From Tetramitus jugosus (lineage: Eukaryota > Protista > Heterolobosea), in contig OW569373.1 of NCBI GenBank assembly GCA_937625935.1, forward strand, positions 1 to 64,000: a stretch of 64,000 nt of DNA, read 5' to 3'. This document shows positions 23,852 to 34,254 of this stretch, one piece after another. A program made the translations under genes and the position numbers. Below the pieces are notes generated by a model, which was given only the letters and a program-made list of their open reading frames with translations, was not told the DNA's origin and did not search any database. Every line of letters starts with the position of its first letter. Position 1 is the first letter of the stretch.

Positions 23852-24859
23852 TTAAGCTGAAGAAACATTGGATATGTCCAATCGTTTCTCCAATTCTTGA
23901 TCAGACGGTTTGGTCTCTGGTTCTGCAGTACTTGCCTCAGGTGCTTGCACCATTTTTTGGGAAATAGCCACCAATTGATTACTCAAGAATGAGCTCGTAC
24001 AACTCAACGTACCTACCAAGAACACTACGCTGCAAGTGAGAAATGCGCAAAACATGGCAACAGGTCCCACTCTTCGAATATTTACCCTATTGATAGGATA
24101 CTTCCACGACACATCCAGCACCACAGTAATGAATCGCATCCAAGAGTATGTCTGATACACTACGATGAATAGACTCAAGTTCAATAGTCTGGCAAATGTC
24201 TCTGGCTTCTTGTCCTTTGGTAACAATCCAATGGTCAGTGATGTCCCGGCAACAACTCCCACAAATAGAGCATTGACCAACAACACTACCTCCCAATAGT
24301 TCCACATACCCAAGTATGCCCTGTACAAGTGATTATTGGATGGCTTGGTGTAGTACGCAAGCGTTACACAGACTGCAGGAATAAATGACACTGTACAACT
24401 GATGACCCCGAATCCCAACACTCCCAACATTGATATTGCTTTGCTTGTGATTGATCGATTGGCAATGAATCCGGGGACTCTATGCTTCGACTCTGACTCG
24501 TCTACTAACTTGTATCCAGTGTCCATGAACTGCAACAATATCAAATAGGCAAATGATAAAATCACGAGAGGTATTAAGTAGTGAGAGGAAAAGGAGCGAA
24601 TGAAGCCCCATCCTTTGGCTGTGGGAGTGAATCTGTGATCAGCTGTGAAAACCATTTGTTGAGATATGAGTGCCACAATCTCCAATACACAAACTGTGAC
24701 GCACACAACAACCGTGGGGATAATCTCTTTGGGCTTCAGAAGCAAGTTCTTTTTCTTGGTGGAACGGAGGTAGCAGAAAATGCTTGCGGCAATAAACAGG
24801 ATGTACAAGCATCCATACGCAACAGCCCCTACAATACTCAGAATAAAAGCGTGTCTCAT
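23852..24859 (-). CDS. Multi-pass (about 7-TM) membrane protein
   Basis: 335-aa ORF with about 7 hydrophobic segments. Confidence 0.7.
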   Translation of the reverse strand: MRHAFILSIVGAVAYGCLYILFIAASIFCYLRSTKKKNLLLKPKEIIPTVVVCVTVCVLEIVALISQQMVFTADHRFTPTAKGWGFIRSFSSHYLIPLVILSFAYLILLQFMDTGYKLVDESESKHRVPGFIANRSITSKAISMLGVLGFGVISCTVSFIPAVCVTLAYYTKPSNNHLYRAYLGMWNYWEVVLLVNALFVGVVAGTSLTIGLLPKDKKPETFARLLNLSLFIVVYQTYSWMRFITVVLDVSWKYPINRVNIRRVGPVAMFCAFLTCSVVFLVGTLSCTSSFLSNQLVAISQKMVQAPEASTAEPETKPSDQELEKRLDISNVSSA

Positions 24860-25229
24860 CTCTCTTGTGATATACTGGTGTTGATTTCTTTGTTCCCATC
24901 AAGAATCACTTGGGTTGAAGCATCATCAACACTGTGAGCTAGTCACGATGCGATGCACATATTTTAAGATGGTATTTTTTATAGAAAGTTTTGGTTGACC
25001 ATCGTAAATATTTTCTCACAATCGGCCGATCGAAACTCCGCTTCCAGTGAGCAATTGCCAAGGGACATCCAACCTCGTCGTAGATACCCCAACAACAACG
25101 CGGAGTAGCGGAAATCCAGACTCTGCCTTGGAGAGACATTCATTTTTGTTGACATCACACAACACCAACCAACAACCACAACAACAACCAACAAGCACAA
25201 CAACATTATCCACAACAATAACAATAATC

Positions 25230-25703
25230 ATGTCTCACCTAGAGTACAACCCAAATGCTTCCTATCAACCACAAACAAACTATCAACCCCTGTACCCTTC
25301 TCAGCCACAACCACAACCACAATACTATCAACAACCACAACATCCATACCAACACTCACATCAACAACAAATAGGTATCATCATTAGAGAGAGAACAGAT
25401 GAATGGGATGGAGGACTATTTGACTGTTGTAGTGACGTAGAGACATGTGTCAAGGCCATGATCTGTATGCCCATTTTCCTAGCAATCGAAAAGGCAGAGT
25501 GGGATGGAACTCATTGTTGCATCAATTTTTGTTGCACGACAATGTTACCTCTGAGGCATCAGGTGAGAACCGTTTATGGAATTGAGGGAAATTGTTGTGC
25601 CGATGTGTGTATTTCCTTTTTTTGTACGTGTTGTGCGGCAGCTCAATTGATGAGAACAATGAGAGCCAATGGTCCACTTTTCAAACCTGCGCGAATGATC
25701 TGA
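25230..25703 (+). CDS. PLAC8 family cysteine-rich protein
   Basis: WDGGLFDCC, LRHQVRTVYGIEGNCCAD, CTCCAAAQ; Q/P/Y-rich N-terminus. Confidence 0.9.
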   Translation: MSHLEYNPNASYQPQTNYQPLYPSQPQPQPQYYQQPQHPYQHSHQQQIGIIIRERTDEWDGGLFDCCSDVETCVKAMICMPIFLAIEKAEWDGTHCCINFCCTTMLPLRHQVRTVYGIEGNCCADVCISFFCTCCAAAQLMRTMRANGPLFKPARMI

Positions 25704-25860
25704 GAGAGAGACGCAAAAAAAGCTGTTTCAAGCTGTAAATGATTCATTTTTGACAACGCTTCTTTGATCAAAGCACGCAGCATGATTTTTTTTTTCGTTC
25801 ATGCGCACGCAACAAACGCAACAAACAACACACGTGAACCTGAAAACACAGACACATACG

Positions 25861-26175
25861 ATGGAACTGTTGGAATTGCCACACAAGGTAGCAAAGCTCA
25901 AGATGCTGGATCAAGAGATGTTTGCCCTCCAAACACTTGTGTCATTCGAGTTGTCAAAGGAAGCCACCCCGCCTGATGCCAAATGTTTTGTTCAATCGGG
26001 ACAAGTATTTCTCCGAGTGAAAACGGATCAGGTCCGAAATGACAAGCAAGAACAGCTCAACCAATTGAACAAGGAGCGAACATTGCTCCGAAAGCAAGTC
26101 GAAGATTTACAAAAATTGTTGGAGCGAGAAAAGAGGACAGCCGCTTCCACAACGTCGCAGAAAGCAAACAGGTAG
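25861..26175 (+). CDS. Prefoldin beta-like / PDRG1-like coiled-coil protein
   Basis: Helix, then KCFVQSGQVFLR hairpin, then coiled coil. Confidence 0.55.
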   Translation: MELLELPHKVAKLKMLDQEMFALQTLVSFELSKEATPPDAKCFVQSGQVFLRVKTDQVRNDKQEQLNQLNKERTLLRKQVEDLQKLLEREKRTAASTTSQKANR

Positions 26176-26219
26176 TTGTTTTTGCAGGCCAAATAAATTT
26201 CTATCGATGCAGATCGAGA

Positions 26220-26760
26220 GACCCTTTACACTTGATCAAAGTACAACAATGGTAATGAAAAGATTAATTCCTTCCTTAATAAATGCTGCATTCATTGATC
26301 TTGCAAAAACCTTTTGGATTTAGAAGAATTTCATACAATTCCTCGTTTTCACACAGGCGACAGCGAGTGTTTTGATAACTTCTCCAGCAGGTTTAGTGGG
26401 AATAAACTACTTCTGCAATACCTACTGGTAAATTTAATCAATCATTCATCAACGGAGAGATAACCCACTGGACTGAAAAAAGGTGGTAGAAAAAATTCAG
26501 ATCCCACATCAGTGAGCTCCAGAAATTCTTTCGATATCAGATAGACATTTCATTGAGTTTGATGTTGTTATCAAAGTGGAGTTTGATGGATGTAGTCTCA
26601 CAATCAGAGACATTAGAAGATCAAAAAGTACTTTCTTTTAATTTTTATCACATGCTCCTCCATATAATTGAGTGCAAGAGAACCACTATATCGAAGGAAA
26701 TCTCAAATATTTCACTCAATACAGGCATAGTTGTTTATCAGGTGGTACAAATAGGTGAAA
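26220..26760 (-). mobile_element. Second degenerate piggyBac-like transposase relic; boundaries approximate
   Basis: Minus-strand translation near 26350-26480: PVGYLSVDE*LIKFTSR...PTKPAGEVIKTLAV. Confidence 0.6.
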
Positions 26761-28010
26761 TCAAGGCAATATAGACGAACAACATTTTTGCATGACAAGA
26801 GTTGAATGGATTGATGCAACAAATGATTGAATGGATCGATAGTACAACAATGATTGAGAGTTGGACTGCTGGTGATTTGTGCTCTTTTGAATTCTGAGAG
26901 GCCTAGACTGGAAACATTCAATTCCATTGGAAAGGATAATAGTTACCAACCTACCACTAAGGTGCGTGGGGAAAATAATTAGGCTCATATTAAAATGAGC
27001 CTAATGTTGCATGTTTTCACTATTTCTTCTTGAGCATCAGCACTTCTACCATGCACTACACTGATGAATTTCGCCTTGAAATCCATGTTATTTGAGGTCA
27101 ATGATTGTTTGAGAACAGTTTGGCAATGCTATTCTCTATTGACACATAGCTTTCCTTGATACTAGGACGTTTTGTGAATGTCGACTCTCCTAATTTATCA
27201 CCTGAACAAATGCATAGCACTTCTGGTCTATGACACACATTATACTCATTTGGGTTGTTGGCAGTGAATTTGGTGACTGCAATCTCCCATCACAATCATT
27301 CTTTTTGGAGTCATTTATCTTGGGATCAGACAGGGGTTGGAAACACTAAATCGGGGGCATCACCGGACTTGCTGCGGGCGTTGGAAAATGAATTTTTACA
27401 AGTTTTTTCTTACAATTTCCAAAGAAATTAAAAAATTTAAACCTAAAAAATCTTTTATAACCTAAGCACTGTCGCTGGAACAAGAAATTCAGCAACACTC
27501 ACCTTCGAAACAACTTCACAAAAAAGGTGCCTACCCTACCAGAACAAACTTTAGGATATTCCAAAGTGCTGACTAAAATTGTTAATTTGTCTACATCAGA
27601 CTTCCCCTTATCTTCTAATACACATCAAAGGTGTTAAAAAAGTGTCTGAGGAACCCAAAGAATCCCTCAACTCGGTTTGTACAGAGGATTTGGGGATCAA
27701 AACCTTGAGTTCTACCTCCTATCAACGAATCGATGTCAGAGTCTCTAGATTTGTTCAGAGACAAGAATAGTGTCAATTACATTTTGAAGTTCTGTGGAGT
27801 TGATAGTTGCTCCTTGATTCCCTGATTCATGTCATATGATTAATTTACACTTGTTCATCACTCGAATTGATACTGAAATACAATGAGTGTTCAGACACTG
27901 TTCGTAGGACAGAAATTAGTCTCCTCTTTTCATACTTCGGGTCATCCAAATAATTCCAATAATCTACGACCACGAGTGTTCAAAATGCAAAAGTACGTCG
28001 CCCACCGAGG

Positions 28011-30103
28011 TTTATTTAGCCGCCAAATAAAGCGTTAATTGTTTTACAGTTTCCATCTCTCGTTTTTTTTTGTTTTTTAGAAAAAATCTCTAGTACAACT
28101 CCTTCACAGAATTGTAAACTTTCATAATTGTATATCCTCTATCCTCCTATATTTGGAGACAAATCCGACTTGCAACAATCTCGTTGTATACTCATTGTAT
28201 ACTGTCTACCTCAACATCATGGAGTTAAGGAAGTCAACTACCTGAGCCCTCGTTTTATTAATGACCCAACCAGTCAATGTTGTTTACGCAGCCAACTGTG
28301 AATGAATCGTTCCCAAGCAACACAATTATTTACAACAAACACATCCAAGACAACATCCAAAACCAGAACCTTGGTCAACAACTTCCTCAACCTATTGTAC
28401 ATATCTGTATTTTGACCTATTTTTACACCTGCACACTCTGTGGATGAGAGGATATATATGAATTCTTTGACTGATTTGAGAGCTTTTCTTGGTGCAACCT
28501 TCACCATCGATCGTTATCAAGCAATTAACTGCAGACATAAAAAAACAAAAGAACAAAAGTAATTGTGATTGTTTATTGGGCAGTGAAACAACAGTTTATT
28601 TAAATAGGAATGTAGAGGACTTGATGGTTTGATGTTTTGATGTATTGCTTTGATGAGGAACTGTTTTTGTTTGTTTGTTAGTTTGTTTGGTTTTATTTAA
28701 GGAGTTGATGTAAGATAATTGCTTTTGGAACAAAACAACAATAGTAATGGAAAACAATAAGTGGTGTGAAGCAGTAGGATACTTGATTGGAGCACTTAAT
28801 GCCATAGTTGATACCCAGAGACTCTCCTCTATCAAGAAACGATCAACCTCAGGAGCAACAGTGTGTCCCGGATCTAACATCCACCTTCCAGATGTTGCAA
28901 AGAAATGAGCAAGCTGCAAAGAATGATCAGATGAATGTTGTCGAGGACACTACCTATGTGGTTGAGGCAAGAGAAACAAGGAAAGGGGAACAGGACTGGT
29001 ATGGTCAGTCGACCATTCTGGCAATCGGCCGAGGAGATTCTCAAGACTGGGATGACTGTTAGATTCTATCAGCCCGAATCTGTTGTCCATAAGAAGTTTT
29101 CTCGAATGATCATCAACAAGATCAAAGGAGAGATGTGCCAGGTGATGGATTCTCGAGTGAACGAGTATGTAGCTAGCTGTGTGTTGATAGAGATACCAAA
29201 GGAGGAAGCGTATTTCATTGCTCCAACGAGAATCATACCCAGAGAGTCTGATCCTTCTCGACCCAGAGAAATCTTGGACTTCACTGAGCTTAACAAGTAC
29301 ATTCTAGAGGCGGATTGCAAACTACCAACACGCAAAGATCTAGTGTTGTTGGTCGAAAGATACTCCTATGCGGCCTCGATTGATATCAAATCGTGTTACA
29401 CCAACATCAAATTGGATGAGGCATTCCAGCCATATTGCTGTATTGGGTGGAGGAGCAAGGTCTACAAATTTACTCGAGTCCCTTTTGGAATCAAGTGTGC
29501 ACCGGCATGTTGCCAGCTGGTCACAAGCCATCTCTGCGAGGAGACTACAATAGTGTTGTATCTTGATGACTTCCTCTTGTTGGGCAACTCGGAGCAACAA
29601 GTATTATCTCGAGTTCGAGACCAAGTAACCACTCTCGAAGATAGAGGATTGCCTATCAATGTTACCAAGTCCATTCTGGTTCCAGCAAGAGCTAGAGTTT
29701 AGCGGATACAAGCTCTGTTTTGGAGGTCAAGTCAAGGGTGTTTACACTACAGATAAGCACTTGATGGATCTATCGTTGATGATCAAACTGATTTTGACGC
29801 AGGAGAGCGTTGAATTGAAGACCTGGCAAAGGTTCATGGGTAAGTATAACTGGTGTAGGGCTCTAAAGGAGGATGAGAAGGTGCATTCGAAGTTGGTTGC
29901 TCTGATGAATGAGCGAGACACCAACACTGATATGATAGAATTGTCGTTGACCATGTCGCTAGAGCAATGCTCCGCAATGTGGTAGCAAGATGTTCTCTTT
30001 CTTTTGATTTTTGATTGTATTTTATAGTGTGTTTATTGTAAATACATTGTAAAACTCGTTGTAAATAAAAAATCCGTCATAGAGCTCAGGAGACAAAAAG
30101 GCA
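28011..30103. mobile_element. RT/T5orf172 element copy 1 (decayed)
   Basis: Both ends shared with copy 3; frameshifted RT (28750-30013); about 350 bp deleted from the endonuclease gene; bounded by TCGCCCACCGAGG at 27998-28010 and 30104-30116. Confidence 0.9.
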
Positions 30104-30116
30104 TCGCCCACCGAGG

Positions 30117-30735
30117 TTTATTTAGCCGCCAAATAAAGCGTTAATTGTTTTACAGTTTCTATCTTTTTTTTTTTAGAGAAAAAAAATCTCTAGTACAACT
30201 CCTTCACAGAATTGTAAACTTTCATAATTGTTGAATGGTTTTTGTGGTAATTGTATATCCTCTATCCTCCTACATTTTGGAGACAATCCGACAAGCAACA
30301 ATCTCGTTGTATACTCGTTGTATACTGTCTACCTCAACATCATGGAGTTAAGGAAGTCAACTACCTGAGCCCTCGTTTTATTAATGACCCAACCATTTAA
30401 TGTTGTAGCTTTGAGATCCTCCTTCACTGATTCTACTGTTGTATCCTTCAACAGAAGACCCACATTGTATGCGTCGAGTATACAATGAGTGTGAAGACTG
30501 CTGGCGAGGAACTCTTCGAACCATGATCGCGGAGACTCAGTAAAGTACAACAACACTCTCTCAAGACCAGGAACCGAGACAACCATAAGATGAGGATGTT
30601 GTGGCAATGAGACCTGTGGCACTTGATTCACAAAAATGGAGAAGTGTCTTTTATGGTGTGTTTATTGTAAATACATTGTAAAACTCGTTGTAAATAAAAA
30701 GTCCGTCAAAAAGCTCAGACGGAGACAAAAGGACA
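30117..30735. mobile_element. RT/T5orf172 element copy 2 (619-bp internal-deletion derivative, non-autonomous)
   Basis: Left end and endonuclease C-terminus joined near 30645 to the ~90-bp right end; bounded by the 13-bp repeats at 30104 and 30736. Confidence 0.9.
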
Positions 30736-30787
30736 TCGCCCACCGAGGTTTATTTAGCCGCCAAATAAAGCGTTAATTGTTTTACAG

Positions 30788-30818
<31 letters not shown>

Positions 30819-30970
30819 GAAAAAAAAATCTCTAGTACAACTCCTTCACAGAATTGTAAACTTTCATAATTGCTGAATGGTTTTTGTGGTAATTGTATAT
30901 CTTCTATCCTCCTATATTTTGGAGACAATCCGACAAGCAACAATCTCGTTGTATACTCATTGTATACTGT

Positions 30971-31657
30971 CTACCTCAACATCATGGAGTTAAGGAAGTC
31001 AACTACCTGAGCCCTCGTTTTATTAATGACCCAACCATTCAATGTTGTAGCTCCGAGATCCTCCCTCACTGATTCTACTGTTGTATCCTTCAACAGAAGA
31101 CCCACATTGTATGCGTCAAGTATACAATGAGTGTGGAGACTGCTGGCGAGGAACTCTTCGAACCATGATCGCGGAGACTCAGTAAAATACAACAACACTC
31201 TCTCAATACCAGGAACCGAGACAACCATAAGATGAGGATGTTGTGGTAATGAGACCTGCGGTACTTGATTCACAAAAATGGAGAAATACCTCGATCGAAC
31301 AGGTACAAAAGCATTGCTATCCAATTGCATTCCAAAGCAATGTTTCAAGCACCAGATTGCCTCCTCTCTATTGGTGTCAAATACCTCCCCAGCAATAAGC
31401 CTGTTACGCAGCCAACTGTGAATGAATCGTTCCCAAGCAACACAATTATTTACAACAAACACATCCAAGACCACATCCAAAACCAGCACCTTGGTCAACA
31501 ACTTCCTCAATCTATTGTACATATCTGTACTTTGACCTATTTTAGCACCTGCACACTCTGTGGATGAGAGGATATATATGCATTCTTTGATTGATTTGAG
31601 AGTTTTTCTTGGTGCAACCTCACCATTGATCGTTATCAAGCAATTAACTGCAGACAT
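30971..31657 (-). CDS. T5orf172/MUG113-type (GIY-YIG superfamily) putative endonuclease
   Basis: CIYIL...AKIGQSTDMYNRLRKL...WERFIHSWLRNRLIAGEVF fits the YIYI..KIG..RL..E..H..GEWF pattern; an alternative upstream ATG is at 31708. Confidence 0.8.
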   Translation of the reverse strand: MSAVNCLITINGEVAPRKTLKSIKECIYILSSTECAGAKIGQSTDMYNRLRKLLTKVLVLDVVLDVFVVNNCVAWERFIHSWLRNRLIAGEVFDTNREEAIWCLKHCFGMQLDSNAFVPVRSRYFSIFVNQVPQVSLPQHPHLMVVSVPGIERVLLYFTESPRSWFEEFLASSLHTHCILDAYNVGLLLKDTTVESVREDLGATTLNGWVINKTRAQVVDFLNSMMLR

Positions 31658-31870
31658 AAAAAAACAAAAGAACAAGTAATTGTGATTGTTTATTGGACAT
31701 TGAAACAACAGTTTATTTAAATAGGAATGTAGAGGACTTGATGGGTTGATGTTTTGATGTATTACTTTGATGAGGAACTGTTTTTGTTTGTTTGTTAGTT
31801 TGTTTGGTTTTATTTAAGGAGTTGATGTGATGTAAGATAATTGCTTTTGAAAAAAAAAACAACAATAGTA

Positions 31871-33151
31871 ATGGAAAACAATAAGTGGCGTGAAGCAGTA
31901 GGATACTTGATTGGAGCACTTAATGCCATAGTTGATGCCCAGAGACTCTCCTCTATGGAATCAAGAAATGATCAACCTCAGGAGCAACAGTGTGTCCCGG
32001 ATTTAACATCCACCATCCAGATGTTGAAAAGAAATGAGCAAGCTACAAGGAATGATCAGATGAATGTTGTCGAGGACACTACCTATGTGGTTGAGGCAAG
32101 AGAAACAAGGAAAGGCAAGGGAAAGGGGAAGAACAGGGCTGGTATGATCAGTCGACCATTCTGGCAATCGGCCGAGGAGATTCTCAAGACTGGGATGACT
32201 GTTAGATTCTATCAGCCCGAATCTGTTGTCCGTAAGAAGTTGTCTCGAATGATCATCAACAAGATCAAAGGAGAGATGTGCCAGGTGATGGATTCTCGAG
32301 TGAACGAGTATGTAGCTAGCGGTGTGTTGATAGAGATACCAAAGGAGGAAGCGTATTTCATTGCTCCAATGAGAATCATACCCAGAGAGTCTGATCCTTC
32401 TCGACCCAGAGAAATCTTGGATTTCACTGAGCTCAACAAGTACATTCTAGAGGCGGATTGCAAACTACCAACACGCAAAGATCTAGTGTTGTTGGTCGAA
32501 AGATACTCCTATGCGGCCTCGATTGATATCAAATCGTGTTACACCAACATCAAATTGGATGAGGCATTTCAGCCATATTGCTGTATTGGGTGGAGGAGCA
32601 AGGTCTACAAATTTACTCGAGTCCCTTTTGGAATCAAGTGTGCACCGGCATGTTGCCAGCTGGTCACAAGCCATCTCTGCGAGGAAACTACAATAGTATA
32701 TCTTGATGACTTCCTTTTGTTGGGCAACTCGGAGCAACAAGTATTATCTCGAGTTCGAGACCAAGTGACCACTCTCGAAGATAGAGGATTGCCTATCAAT
32801 GTTACCAAGTCCATTCTGGTTCCTCAGCAAGAGTTAGAGTTTAGCGGATACAAACTCTGTTTTGGAGGTGAAGTCAAGGGTGTTTACACTACAGATAAGC
32901 ACTTGATGGATCTATCGTTGATGATCAAACTGATTTTGACGCAGGAGAGCGTTGAATTGAAGACCTGGCAAAGGTTCATGGGTAAGTATAACTGGTGCAG
33001 GGCTCTAAAGGAGGATGAGAAGGTGCATTCGAAGTTGGTTGCGCTGATGAATGAGCGAGACACCAACTCTGATAGAATTGTAGTCGACCACGTCGCTAGA
33101 GCAATGCTCAGCAATATGGTAGCAAGATGTTCTCTTTCTTTTGATTTTTGA
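31871..33151 (+). CDS. DIRS-like reverse transcriptase lacking RNase H (426 aa)
   Basis: REILDFTELN, IDIKSCYTNI, FTRVPFGIKCAP, VYLDDFLL, GLPINVTKSILVPQQELEFSGY, QRFMGKYNW; the ORF ends shortly after the thumb region. Confidence 0.9.
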   Translation: MENNKWREAVGYLIGALNAIVDAQRLSSMESRNDQPQEQQCVPDLTSTIQMLKRNEQATRNDQMNVVEDTTYVVEARETRKGKGKGKNRAGMISRPFWQSAEEILKTGMTVRFYQPESVVRKKLSRMIINKIKGEMCQVMDSRVNEYVASGVLIEIPKEEAYFIAPMRIIPRESDPSRPREILDFTELNKYILEADCKLPTRKDLVLLVERYSYAASIDIKSCYTNIKLDEAFQPYCCIGWRSKVYKFTRVPFGIKCAPACCQLVTSHLCEETTIVYLDDFLLLGNSEQQVLSRVRDQVTTLEDRGLPINVTKSILVPQQELEFSGYKLCFGGEVKGVYTTDKHLMDLSLMIKLILTQESVELKTWQRFMGKYNWCRALKEDEKVHSKLVALMNERDTNSDRIVVDHVARAMLSNMVARCSLSFDF

Positions 33152-33243
33152 TTGTATTTTATGGTGTGTTTATTGTAAATACATTGTAAAACTTGTTGTA
33201 AATAAAAAGTCCGTCAAAAAGGCTCAGGCGGAGACAAAAGGAT

Positions 33244-33316
33244 CGCCCACCGAGGGGCTCGAACCCTCGACCACAAGGTTAAGAGCCTTGCGCTCTACCG
33301 ACTGAGCTAGACGGGC
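33244..33316 (-). tRNA. tRNA-Lys (CTT)
   Basis: GCCCGTCTAGCTCAGTCGGTAGAGCGCAAGGCTCTTAACCTTGTGGTCGAGGGTTCGAGCCCCTCGGTGGGCG folds as a 73-nt cloverleaf. Confidence 0.96.
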
Positions 33317-33489
33317 TTGGATATTGTAAAAAACTAGAAAATCGTGAGGACGCTCACAAACTCGAATCGTTGCTAAAATGACAACTCCTGTTGTTTGTGA
33401 GTATGAGAACCCACACTCTGTTGTCTGGACCACAACCCCAAGAGGACTGCGGCAAGGAGGTCGTCATCGAATGTAGCAACCATCGGAAC

Positions 33490-33710
33490 AAAACCAGAGC
33501 AATAGAGCAACAAAGGTACAAGGCAAGGTGATTCTTTGTCTCCCACGGATTATGTGATAGTTCAGCTACCAAGCCATGAGCCAGAAGATATGGAATGTGG
33601 CTTACGTAGACGACTGTAACCTGTTCAGTGATAAACTAAAGGATATTCAGACGATGGGCAATGATATGTATGACACTCAAGGGATGGGACTAAACATGCA
33701 CCCACATATA
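33490..33710 (+). mobile_element. Degenerate non-LTR retrotransposon RT fragment upstream of tRNA-Lys; boundaries approximate
   Basis: KGTRQGDSLSPT and AMSQKIWNVAYVDDCNLF, homologous to the LINE at 35286-36283 (KGTRQGDSLSPT, AMSQGLWNAAYIDDCNLF). Confidence 0.8.
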
Positions 33711-34183
33711 TTGTGGACGAACCGACATGTGTAGACCTTTCTATGTGCATGCAATATGGGCGGAAGATATGATAAATCTGAGAAACGTGGAAATTTTGTG
33801 ATTCTTGATAGTAAGTTCTACAGGTTACATGCTGCAAATCTTTTGAAAAATGATGTTAATGGAACACAGCATATTCAAGTCGTAAAATGGTCAGATGGTT
33901 CACAAATTGACAAACCCTCATATTAATTATTCACCAATAAAGTTCGAATTTCAAACTTTTAACATTACCATAATCTCGTTATCAAATGTAATTACTGTGA
34001 TGGTGTAGCAAAGGATCTTGATGATGAAGAAATAAATGAGTGATAAGATTATTTCTATATATATAATCAACACTTTTCCCGCATAATTCAACCACAAGAA
34101 TGAAGCTTAATTTTCCTCTTGAACAACAATTCTTATTTTTGAAAACTCACGCCCATCATAAAAGGTAAATAACTAGAATAAAA

Positions 34184-34254
34184 TGCATCTGCCGGGATTC
34201 GAACCCGGGTCGCAGCGATGGCAACGCTGCATGATACCCCTACACTACAGATGC
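34184..34254 (-). tRNA. tRNA-Gly (GCC)
   Basis: GCATCTG acceptor stem, CAGCG-TT-GCC-AT-CGCTG anticodon arm, GGTTCGAATCC; followed by a TTTT terminator. Confidence 0.96.

Larger units (their letters stand above)
30749..33242. mobile_element. RT/T5orf172 element copy 3 (2494 bp, apparently intact)
   Basis: Two intact divergent ORFs; bounded by TCGCCCACCGAGG at 30736-30748 and 33243-33255. Confidence 0.92.

Noticed and set aside
30749-33242. Ordinary Penelope-like element
   Set aside because: The RT motifs are DIRS/LTR-type, the nuclease is a separate antisense ORF, and no pseudo-LTR or clear hammerhead core was found
27998-33255. The 13-bp repeat as an LTR-type tRNA primer-binding site
   Set aside because: It lacks the leading TGG complementary to CCA, there are no LTRs, and the last copy is physically part of the tRNA gene, so it behaves as a target duplication or att core
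27998-33255. CRISPR-like array or prophage
   Set aside because: The spacers are homologous 0.6-2.5 kb element copies; there are no cas, integrase or virion genes; the context is eukaryotic
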